In this document: in pieces, positions 26,353-37,761 of the stretch
How positions within the stretch are numbered: position 1 is the first letter of the stretch
How the letters are laid out: every line of letters starts with the position of its first letter
Origin: Piromyces finnis finn
Taxonomy: Eukaryota > Fungi > Neocallimastigomycota
DNA length: 64,000 nt
Assembly (NCBI GenBank): GCA_002104945.1
Contig: MCFH01000014.1
Span: 62,001 to 126,000, forward strand
Reading direction: 5' to 3'
The notes under the pieces: model-generated
The model's database searches: none
The model's input: only the letters and a program-made list of their open reading frames with translations
Told to the model about the DNA's origin: nothing
Made by a program: the position numbers and the translations under genes

Positions 26353-29149
26353 CTTTAATTATTACTACTTTCTTGATGAAAAAAAAAGTATATGATAAAA
26401 TTTTATTTTTTTTGTTCAAAACTATAAAATCTATATATTTGTTTATTAAATTTTGAAATGATTTATCGTTTACTTTTATTATTAGTATTATTATAATTGT
26501 TTATTTCTAAAATAAATTTATTAATATCAATAAGATAAGTTTTAAATTAATAATAATAAAATAAGCAATTATAATGGTGACTTTTATAATTATATTTTAT
26601 TTTGATTTTGGATATCGAAATAATACAATTTTTTATATAATTACAAAATATATATATACTGTTGTTAAAAGAAAAGAATGAAATTTTTGATTATTTAAAT
26701 TGTAATTAAAAAAAAACTTTTAATAATATTATTTATATATTATTATTTTTATTAGGTAAATTATTATTGTTGTTGTTGTTGTTTCTATTTGTGAAATTAA
26801 AATTTTATTCCTTTTTGTACAATTAATGTCTTTTATTTAATTTAAGAGTTTTACAAAGATAAATAATAAAAAAAAATATTGTTAAAAATTTAGATTTCTA
26901 TTTATTGAATGTTATTTTTTTTTTTTTTTTTGATTAATATTTATATTTGTATACAACATAAAAGTGAGATGATAATATACAATACTTTGATTGTTTATAT
27001 GTGAAATTCTATGTTTATATTGTTTTAGTTATAATTAGTATTCTTTTTTTGTTTGTTTGTTTGTTTTTAGAAAAAGGGGAAAGAATGATATAAAAATATA
27101 TCTTATAAACATTTAATTATTGATTCTAAAAATATAATAAACAACAATTATTGTCTACAAAGATTTGATAAATATTATTACATTTACTTTTTATTATTTT
27201 CATTTAATATTTATCAATTTTTTTTTGTTTTTCTTTTTTTTATCTTATTCATTTAATAGTATTTAATATATTCTATTCTATTTTTTATTTATTAATTTTG
27301 GTTATTATGCCTCGATAAATTGTTTTTTTTTTTAAAATGTATCAATTATTTTATTAATAAATTAAGAATTTTGGATTTTTATATATTTATTTGGTTTTCT
27401 TTTTCTTCCTCTTATTATTATTAGTAATAATACTATTATTATTTGACATAAATATAAAATTTTAATATTTTAAATGATTCAAAATTGCATTTTTATAGTA
27501 TATATATATATATACATAATTTCTTTTATTTTTTAATTGCTTTTTTTTTTTTTTTTTTTTTATTATTATTATTATTTATTATTAATTAAATTTTATATAT
27601 ATAAAGTAATATGTAATAAAAAAATTTTTTTTTATCTTTTTATTATAATAATAAAAAATGAAATAATAATATAATTTTTTTATAATAATATTTAATATTA
27701 TTATTTATTTAATATTTTATATAGTATTAAGCTTTTTTTGAGATTAAATTTTGAAGGAGAAAAATTTAATAAAATTTGTCATACATCAATTCCTACATTA
27801 TCGAATGCATTATGTAATGTAATAGATCATTTTTTTAAATGTGGATTTTTCTATAAATGTCACTTTTTTTTCGTGGATGGAAAAAAAAAAAAAAGGATTT
27901 AAAAAGAAAAGAAAGAAAAGGATAAATTATTCTTAATAAATCAACAAACAAACAACTATTTTCATAGAGATTATAATTAAAAAATGATAATGAATCATAC
28001 TTTATAATTTCTTAAAAAGTAATTTAAAATCTATATGAAGAAAATATCAACATGAACATAATATATCATAAATGACTTATAATAAAAGGGACAAAATGAT
28101 AAAATAATAAAGTAATACTTTATTAGCAAAGATAAACATATAATATAATAAAGAAACACAAACACTGTACAATCGATGATAAAATGGCATAGTAAAGAAT
28201 TAAAATGAATATTTTATAAATAATGATAAAAGATATCATATAATATTATTTGTAAATAATATTTTACAAATAATAATAATGATATCATTATTCTTTTAAT
28301 ACTTTTTTATAATAATAAAATTATTATAAATAATCTTCATGTAAATTGATATAATTCCTTTTATTAAAACAATTTAAATGGTTATATTACCAATTTTTGT
28401 AAGACAAAAATAATGATAATTACAAAAATGAATATATTTATAACTCTACATGAAATCAGCCTATGATTAAATACAGCTTTTAAAATGGAAAGAAACTTGA
28501 CATCATTTCTTTTTCCTCTCGTTTACCTTCTCAATAATGAAACTTTTTTTTTCCCTTTTTTTGTTGATAGTAATTTTTTTTTTTTACCATAAAACATTGA
28601 CTAACGAATCTATAAATGAACCAATCAAATTTCAAAATAAATGTTTTAAATATAAATTAAAAAAGAAATCTTTTCATTGTTCAATAAAAGTTTTATATAT
28701 TAAAGTATATTGTGAATATATGAACAATAATTCAACCATAATTCATGCATTTTAATTTGTACTTTTGTAGAAGAGGGTGCATGGATTTTTGGGAAGAAAA
28801 AGACAAGAAACTATTTTTAATGTAAAAGGTGTGTTTTACGAAAGGAAAGTCATGAACCATAACAAAAGCACCCACACCCACATACAAAAAAAAAAAAAAA
28901 AGAAACAGTTCTCTATTAAATTTCACTTTTATTAAATAATAAAAAAAAATTAAACTTGACTTTGACATAAAGAGTAATTAATTCATTAAAATAAAAAAGT
29001 GTTGACTTTTGAAGCACCTATTAGAATACAATTTAATTAGCATTATCACTAATCCTATTTTTATTTTATAAAAAAAAAAGCATTTAAGATATTACTAAAA
29101 AAAAGATCGTGTAATATAGAGATCATTCAATATTATTAATGGTCTTTAT

Positions 29150-29210
29150 ATTCACATTTAAATATTTTAAACTATTCACATTTGAAGTTTAAAAATATTT
29201 AAATGTGAAT
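29150..29210. repeat. 24/25-bp inverted repeat with a 12-nt spacer
   Basis: ATTCACATTTAAATATTTTAAACT ... AGTTTAAAAATATTTAAATGTGAAT. The spacer itself repeats ATTCACATTT. Confidence 0.7.
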
Positions 29211-30154
29211 AGTTAATTCATTTTTATCACAAGATATTTTCTTTTCATTCATCAAAATAAATAATAAAAAATACTTTAAAAAGTTTTAAAAGCATTCCCA
29301 TCTCTTTATAAGTAAAAAAAAAAAAAAGAAGGAATCATACATATTCATCTCTTTCAATATTCCTATAGTTCCTCTAGTCCTATTTGTTATTATTTGAATG
29401 AAAAAGTTAAAAGTCCCACCATGATTAAACTTTAAAATTTTATTATTTTTTAAAATTTAAAACAAACAAATAAACAAAGCCACAACAAAATTTTCATTTA
29501 TTCTTTTCCTAAAATTTTTAAAATAGTTTTTAGAATAATAAATTATTTTATTATAAATAGAAACTAAAAAAATCTTATTTTTTAATATTCAATACTTTTT
29601 TATATTTATCAAAGTAAAATAAAAAAAGGCAATTTTATTCATACTTCATGAATTATAACTTTAGAATTTATGAAAATGCAATTAATGATAGGATAAAATA
29701 AACCATTAATAAAAAGACTATTTTAAAGCAAATAATTGAAATCTTTAAAAAAATTTATTATCAAAATAAAAATCAAATTGATAAATTAAAATATTAAAAT
29801 TTAATTTAATATTGTTTTACTTTTATATAAGGATTGTTCTTTTCATATAATTTATATATTACCTATTATATTCAAAATATATTATAAATTAAATTACATT
29901 AAAAAAGTATAAATATAGGAAGATGTTAAGTTTTTTTTTTTTAAAAGTAACAAAAAAACAAATATAAAAAAATAGTAATAATCAATGATACTGAGTAATA
30001 ATTAAAAAAAAAAAAAAAAGAATGAATAGAGAGTGAAATACCAAAGAAAAAAAAAAACAAATAGTAAATAATACTAATATTATTTAAAATTAAAAAAAAA
30101 TAATAATATATCTTTAAAAACTAAATGAAATTGTAAAGTTTAAGAAATTTCAAT

Positions 30155-31212
30155 ATGAATTCCATTACTTTTATAATTCTTATTATTACCATTTTCATCA
30201 CTTATGTAGAAACAACGATTATTTCTTCTTGTACACAAAATAAAACAATTGCTCTAACGGTAAAGTTTTTTTTTTTTAATTTCTATATTTTACTCTATTT
30301 CGAAAAATAATATTACATTTAGTATAAAAATGGATTGTAGATAATGTATTAATACTTTTTTTTTTTTAATAATATATTATAAAATTTTTATCAATTTATA
30401 TGAAATAGTTTGACGATGGCCCTTTCAAACATACTAGAGAATTAATTGAATACATAATAAAATATCATGACGTTAAGGTATCATTTTTTGTTGTTGGAAA
30501 ATTTCATTATCCCTATGCTGTGGATGACGAATCCTATCAATATGCAATGAAAAAAGCACATGATTTTGGTTATCAAATAGGATCACAAACGTATACCCAT
30601 GAAATTCCAAAGGATAAAAAAAAATTTAAAGAATCATTAACGAAAAATGACGATTTTATTGAAAAATATACAGGAGATCGACCAAAATATTTCCGTGCAC
30701 CAAAAGAAAATTGTGATAAGGAATGTCAATCAAATATTGAAGAATGGGGTTATAAACTTATTCAATGGGATGTTGATACTAAAGATTGGGATCTTAATGC
30801 TTCAGGATCTGTAGAACGTAGAGTACAAGATTCTGTTAATTATTTAGAGAATGTATTTTCAGAAGAAAGAGATAGTTACCTTATACGTTTACATGATACA
30901 CAAAATTATACCGTACATGAAATTGTACCATGGATTATTGAAAAAAGCGGAATGAAAGAAAAAGGTTATCGTTTTGTTACGGTAGCAGAATGTTTAGGAG
31001 AAAAGAAAAATATGTACAATTCAGGAAAAGTATATGGGGATGATATGTATGTACATCAAGTTCCAGTAGTTGTTAATGGTAATTCAACATCAAATATAAA
31101 CATAATAGATAATCAACAAAACATAAAATCTGAAGGGGTTAAAAATTTAAATTCATTATTATCATTAAAGTATCTTTTAAGTTTTATAGTTTTATTTTTT
31201 TTGTTGAGATGA
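30155..31212 (+). CDS. CE4 (NodB) polysaccharide/chitin deacetylase family, GPI-type, copy 1; exons 30155-30259, 30409-31212; motif 2 His->Gln
   Basis: Signal peptide, T|FDDGP split by a phase-0 intron, SQTYTH (motif 2), FRAPK, DTKDW, RLHD, hydrophobic C-terminal tail. Confidence 0.9.
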
Positions 31213-31420
31213 TCAAAACTATTATATAAAAAAAAAAAAAAAAAGTAAGAATTGTTAATTTAAGATGATCAAAACTATTATATAAAAGAAAAAAAAAAAA
31301 AAGTAAGAATTGTTAATTTAAGATGATCAAAACTATTATATAAAAGAAAAAAAAAAAAGTAAGAATTGTTAATTTAAGATGATCAAAACTATTATATAAA
31401 AGAAAAAAAATATAAGAATT
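31207..31420. repeat. Tandem repeat, about 3.7 copies of a 56-58 bp unit starting in the last codons of CE4 copy 1
   Basis: AGATGATCAAAACTATTATATAAAA(A/G)AAAA..GTAAGAATTGTTAATTTA starts at 31207, 31263, 31321 and 31377. Confidence 0.95.
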
Positions 31421-32167
31421 GAAATACCAAATTATTAAAATGGTTCAACAATTAAAAAGAAAACTAATACTTTTTTATTTATTGAAATAATAAAAAATAA
31501 TTTTTTTTTTTCATTGGTATACAAAAGAAAAGGATTTTTCAATTATACATCACCCCAATTTTTTTATTTAAAATCAGATTTTATATTCTTAAAATCCCTT
31601 ATAAAAAAGTTTTTTTTTTATATATATGTTAAATCGTATTTATCATTTTAATTATATATATATATATATATTATAGCATTAACATTAAATTATAAATTAT
31701 TATCCATACCTATTAGAATTTAATTTTAAATTTATATATATATAAGATATTTTATATAATATTTATAATATTTTTTTTTGTATTATCTTATTATTTATCC
31801 TATAGATAAACTATTATCCTATTCAAACAAAATAATAAAATAAAATTAATAAAAGGTTCAAATGTCCTAATCATTATTATCCTTTTTTATATTGATTTTA
31901 TAATAATAATTATTATTATTATTTTATTTTACTTTATTTTTTTTACATTATTATTCATTTAATATCTATTTTTTTTTATTATTATTGGTTTCTCAATAAA
32001 ACATTTAAAAAAAAAACTTTAATAATAAAGAAGCATTCCTTATCCTTAAATCATTTAAGAAGATAATTATGGGAAAAAAAAAAAAAGAGTTAAAACCCAA
32101 TTAAAAAGTTTATAAACATTTTTGTGTATCATTTCCTTTATCTCCACTTTTTTTTTTTTTTTAAGGA

Positions 32168-32218
32168 GTGATGATGTGTAACCACAGAAATCACAGACTA
32201 TCCATTTTGTGGTTCTGA
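32168..32218 (+). ncRNA. Possible box C/D snoRNA-like sequence at the SINE insertion site
   Basis: GTGATGA (box C) at 32168 and CTGA (box D) at 32215. Internal CAGAAATCACA is complementary to the conserved LSU rRNA segment UGUGAUUUCUG as recalled. The unit is short and has no clear C' box. Confidence 0.25.
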
Positions 32219-32219
32219 T

Positions 32220-32222
<3 letters not shown>
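32210..32222. repeat. Left target-site duplication TGGTTCTGATAGA
   Basis: Exact 13-bp match to 32812-32824. Directly abuts the T54 tract. Confidence 0.93.
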
Positions 32223-32279
<57 letters not shown>

Positions 32280-32811
32280 TTCCGAGTGCATTTCTCCCAT
32301 CGATCAGAGTTAGCTCCAATGGTGGTTCTTAGAGAAACGTTGGCTCATTCCTATTGCTAGGTGGTTGTGACCCTCCTGGTCTGTCATACTGTTTCTTCAG
32401 CTTCGACGCTCACTTAATCCATGTACATTAGATGCATGTCGTTGTACGATATTTCACAACTACAATGCTAAGCCTCTTATAGTCAATTTGATCACGTGTC
32501 AACCGCCCCCTAATGTTTACACTTAAATTGATTAAGGAATATTATGTGTTTTTGGCATAGCCTAAGTCACCACTTATTAAGTTCTAATTTGGAATGTACC
32601 ATGTACACTAGACCCTCTCAGGCCGGCTAGACGAGTGTTATTATCATAGTAGTAAATTAGAAAGTTCATTTATACTTACCTGAATATCATAACCCAACCC
32701 ATGGCAAACCCAGTGGGAAAATCCACAGGCACTGACATCTGCGGGGTCGAACCAGAAGCCTTATGTATGCTAAGGAAACGCCTTAACAACCAGGATAAAA
32801 ACTGGAACGAC
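32223..32811 (-). mobile_element. Non-autonomous retroposon (SINE-like), 589 bp: Pol III B-box head, body, LINE-related 3' motif, A54 tail
   Basis: GC-elevated island bounded by a 13-bp TSD. T54 at 32223-32276 is the poly(A) tail on the minus strand. B-box GGTTCGACCCC at 32753-32743. 39/44 nt identity to the LINE 3' region (32368-32411 vs 40883-40926). No long ORF. Confidence 0.85.
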
Positions 32812-32824
32812 TGGTTCTGATAGA
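32812..32824. repeat. Right target-site duplication TGGTTCTGATAGA
   Basis: Exact match to 32210-32222. Confidence 0.93.
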
Positions 32825-33024
32825 ATCCTCTAATAATTCATTTGAAATACATTACATTACATTACATTATTATTGTTGGTACATTTTGTATTAAAAATTA
32901 AACATAAAAGGTTACTTTTGACAGTTTTTTATATTTGTTAAACTTAACTATCAATGATTATTTTTAATTGGAAATAACATCTAAAAAGTATTTATATATG
33001 TTTATATGTTGAATATAAAAATTA

Positions 33025-33178
<154 letters not shown>

Positions 33179-34044
33179 ACTATTATCAAAATTTTATTTT
33201 TTTTTCATAAATATAAATAAATTAATAAAAAATGTCAAACTATTATGAAATTATATATAGAGTCATTGTAAAATTAATTCATTGTTATGGAATAATAATA
33301 TTTTAAAAAATTCTAATTCTTTGCTTTGTGAAAAAACTTTTTTTTAATTGTTGTTATCCTATGATATCGTATAAAGCAATGATTTAAATAATAATTTAAA
33401 GTATAACTAGTTTATATGATTTATTATCCCTATTACCTATTATAATAATAATAATAATAAACTTTTTATTATTATTTCCATTGATATAATGAACATCCTA
33501 CAATTATTTTTATAAAGATTTCAGAAATAAAATATAATATAACCTTTTTTTTTTAAAAAAAAAAAAAAACACCCTTTTATTATTACATTCATTAAATACC
33601 AAAAACAATATAGTTAAACTTTACACATAATAATTTATTAAATGTTATACATTGAGATTATATTATTTTATGTCAAAAAATTTATTTATTAAAATATATT
33701 TTTTTGAATATGAGTGCCTACTGTACTATTCTATCAAAAATATAGATATTTAATTAATTAATACTATGAATAACAAGAAAAATAAAGGTTATTATTTATA
33801 TTAATTAGAAAATAAATTTATATCAATATTCAATATTCAATATTCAATATTGTGTTAATGTTTTGAATAAATTTTTAATGAATATATAAGCATTCTTTTT
33901 CTTCTTCTTCTTTTTCAATCATATTATTAAATTAATTCTATTCCTTTATTCGTTTTTTAAATAAAAAATTGAATACTAATTTTTTTTTCTTTAATTACAT
34001 TAACAAAACATATTTTTTTATAAATAAAAATTGAAAATTAAAAA

Positions 34045-35120
34045 ATGAAATATTTAAACTATTTTTATTTTGTTTATTGTATGGTTTTAGCTAATTATGT
34101 TAAAACGAATGTTATTTACTCTTGTAGTGTAAACAAAACTATTGCTATAACTGTAAGATGTTATTAAAGATTTTTTTTCTTTTATGTTATTTTTTTATTT
34201 AATCAAATATTGAATAAACCTTTTTTTTTATTTAATAATTTTTTTAAATATTTTATAAATACCTTTTCCCCCCTCCTTCCTACTCTAAAAAGTTTGATGA
34301 TGGTCCACATAATCTTTCAAAAAGTTTAGTGGATTATCTTATGACTCAATCTGATGTTAAAGCTACTTTTTTCACTGTAGGTAAACTTCATTACCCATTT
34401 GCCATTGATACTCAAGAATATCAAGAGGCGATGAAAAAAGCTCATGATGTTGGATATCAAATTGCTTCTCATACTTTTGAACATGAAATTTCCAGTAATG
34501 TAGATGAATTCAGAAATTCATTAACACTTCAAGATGATTTCATTGAAAAGGTTACGGGTGATCGTCCACGTTATTTCCGTGCTCCAAAAGGGGAATGTGA
34601 AGAGGCATGCCAAGCTAATCTTGAGGAATGGGGTTATAAACTTATTCAATGGGATGTTGATACAAAAGATTGGGATCTTGAAACTTCTGGTAGTGAATCA
34701 AAAAGAATTGAGGATTCTATTAATGTATTAAAAGAAAAATTTGCAGAAGAAAAAGAAAATTATCTTATCCTAATGCATGATACCGAAAATTATACAATTA
34801 GTGATATTGCTCCATGGATTATTGAAAAAAGTGGTATGAGAGAAAAAGGATATCGTTTTGTTACGGTTGCTGAATGTCTTGGGGATAAAAGTGGAATGTA
34901 TATCTCTGGTAAAAATTATGGAAATGATACTTCTTCTACTAATACTAGTATCCATCATGAAGATTCTCCCATTTCTGAGGTTATTCAAAAAAATCATACC
35001 AATAATATTTTTAATGGGAATGAACAAAGTTTAAATTCGGGGACATCCACCATATCGATTAAATTAATTTCCTTATTACCTTTTCTTTTAATGAGTTTAA
35101 CTTATTTATTTTTATTTTAA
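34045..35120 (+). CDS. CE4 deacetylase, GPI-type, copy 2; exons 34045-34152, 34293-35120
   Basis: Signal peptide, T|FDDGP, SHTFEH, FRAPK, DTKDW, LMHD, hydrophobic tail. Confidence 0.93.
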
Positions 35121-36647
35121 AAAAATAAATTAAACACTATTTCTTCTTCTTTTCTTTTCTTTTTTTTTTAATTTCACATCTTTGTTCCTATTTATTTACA
35201 TATCAAATGATAATTTTTAATATATTATGCCTATTTAATATTTTAATAATTTATTTTTATTATATATTTATACCATATATATATTTTTTATTCCATTATT
35301 ATTCATTTGATAAAATACTGATTATAATATATTATTTATTATTATCATTATTATTTAATTTCAATTCATTTCATTACAAAAATATATATATATATATTTT
35401 TGTATATTTTATTTTATGTTTTTGATATTAAAAAAAGTGGTTGCGTGTACTAATGAATTAATTTATATATATATATATATATATTGATTACAAAGTATTC
35501 TATCAAAAAATAAGAATAAAAAAAAAAAAAACACATAATATATATATGTATATTTTATAAATTATGAAGCTTTCGTAAAATCAAGTACTAAAAAAGTTGT
35601 TAATATATCATAAATAATGGAATTTTTTTTTTCTATTATGTACATATTACTACACATATATTTATATAAAAAAGGGGTATTTAATAATGGATATATAGTA
35701 TTAAGGTTCATATTATTATGCAGAAAAAAATGTAAAAATAATGAAATAAAATTATTATAAAGTAGTGTTAATAATATTTAATTATTATATCCTAATGTAA
35801 TAATGCATAAATTTTATTATATAGTTTCTTTTTCAAAACATTAGAATTTAGGATAACATTACTGAGTAGTAAAAAAAAAAAAAAAAAAGACAAAAAATCA
35901 ATAGTATATTATATATTATCTTTTTTTAATTTGTTTATTATTTTATCAATCATTGATTTATCCAATTTTATTTTCGGTAGAGAATTTCTTTTATTTTAAA
36001 TATTGTAATTTTAATAAATATAATATTTAAAATTTATATAATTTATTATTATTTATTATAATAAATAAAAATTAAATAGATTAATAACAGATTTATAGAG
36101 GATTCACACACAACAACAACAACATGCTTGTTAAAATTGTAGGTGTTATATTGAGTGTGTTTAAAAGTATATTTTATTATAAAGTTTATCAAACTTTAAA
36201 ATTTTGTAAAAGTATAAAATTTTTAAAAAATAAAAATTATTACTATTATTATTAATATTCAAAAAAAAAAAAAATTTTTTTTAAAAAAAGAATATGCAAT
36301 ATGCAATGCCTATCTTTTACAAGTTTTTTTAAGAGTTTATAACCATTTCAAAAAAAAAAAGTTATTTATATATTATATATATACAAAAAGATACAATTTT
36401 TATTATGGATAAAAAAAATATTAAAATATATAAACATATTTTATAAAAAAAAAAAAACTATATATATAATTGAAGTTTTTTTTTTTCTATATATTTATTT
36501 TCATTAATTTAATTATCTTTTGGAATATAATTACTTATTAAAAAACATAGTAAAAAAAAAAAAAGAAAACACTTTTTCAATAAATTATAGTAGAAAAGAA
36601 AAAAAATATATAATAATCATAAATAAATAATATTTTTATATAAAACT

Positions 36648-37761
36648 ATGAAATATCTCTACTATATTTATTTATTTTTTATTTCCATTTTCAATAGTTA
36701 TGTACATTCAAAATTTATTTATTCATGTCAAGTAAATAAAACTATTGCATTAACGGTATATCATCAATATACATTGAAAAAAATAAATCTATATAGATTA
36801 ATGAAATAAAATAAAGGCTAACATAACTATACATTATGTATTATCTATATTTATATTATCATAAAAACCTTTTTTTTTTATATGAAAAAAAAAAAATACA
36901 TAATAGTTTGATGATGGTCCTTATCGATATTCCAATTATTTAATAGATTATCTTAAAAGTCAACCGGATGTTAAAGTAACATTTTTTACACTAGGTAAAT
37001 TTCATTATCCTTATGCAATGAATGTTTTAGAATATCAAGAAGCTATGAAAAAGGCACATGATGCAGGATATCAAATTGCTTCTCATACATTTAATCATAA
37101 AATTTCGGAAGAGGAAGGAGAATTTAAGGAAGCCTTAGACAAGATGGATGATTTTATTGAAAAGGTGACAGGAGATCGTCCAAAATATTTACGTGCTCCA
37201 AAAGGAAAATGCGATCATGAATGTCAAGAAAGGGTGGATCAATGGGATTATCAACTTATTCAATGGGATGTTGATACCAAAGATTGGGATCTTAAAAGTG
37301 CCGGATCTCCCGAAAACAGAGTAGAACAATCCATAACTATATTAAAAGAAAAGTTTGCTGAAGAAAAAGACAATTATTTAATTCTTATGCATGATACAGA
37401 AGAATATACTGTATCTGAAATTGTTCCATGGATCATTGAAGAAAGCGGCATGAAAGAAAAAGGTTACCGTTTTGTTTCAGTTGCTGAATGTCTTGGTGAT
37501 AAAAGTAGTATGTATGCTTCGGGTAAGGTGTATGATGAAGATCCTAAAGAATCACATCAAGATAATCCTCAATCAATTGAGAATGAATTGTTATCCTCTT
37601 TAAAAGATCCTATAGAACCTATTGATCCAGATATTGATTCAATAGTTTATTCCGATAATTTACAACATTTAAATTCTAGTGCTTTTTCTTGTAAAGCATA
37701 TCCTATCCTTCTTTTCTTTTTCCATTTATTTTTGATATATTATCTATATTTATATTTATAA
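36648..37761 (+). CDS. CE4 deacetylase, GPI-type, copy 3; exons 36648-36755, 36907-37761
   Basis: Signal peptide, T|FDDGP, SHTFNH, LRAPK, DTKDW, LMHD, hydrophobic tail. Confidence 0.93.

Noticed and set aside
31207-31420. CRISPR-like or spacer-containing array
   Set aside because: The units are contiguous with no unique spacers, and the context is eukaryotic; it is a simple tandem repeat.
32370-32405. CTGAAGA matching the hammerhead core CUGANGA in the shared SINE/LINE motif
   Set aside because: I could not build stem II-GAAA and a cleavable NUH with stems I and III in either copy.
32672-32682. ATACTTACCTG, identical to the U1 snRNA 5' end
   Set aside because: There is no U1-70K loop, cloverleaf or Sm site downstream. 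It is better explained as a 5' splice-site sequence on the minus strand.
32735-32800. Functional tRNA gene
   Set aside because: No acceptor stem, a broken T-stem and a poor D-arm. Treated as a tRNA-like SINE head only.
32756-32811. U12-like (GCCTTA..TAAGGAAA) and U6-like (AAAACTGGAACGA) short matches on the plus strand
   Set aside because: The matches are short, the other conserved snRNA elements (U12 AACUUAUGA, U6 ACAGAGA, Sm site) are missing, and they fall inside the TSD-bounded element.
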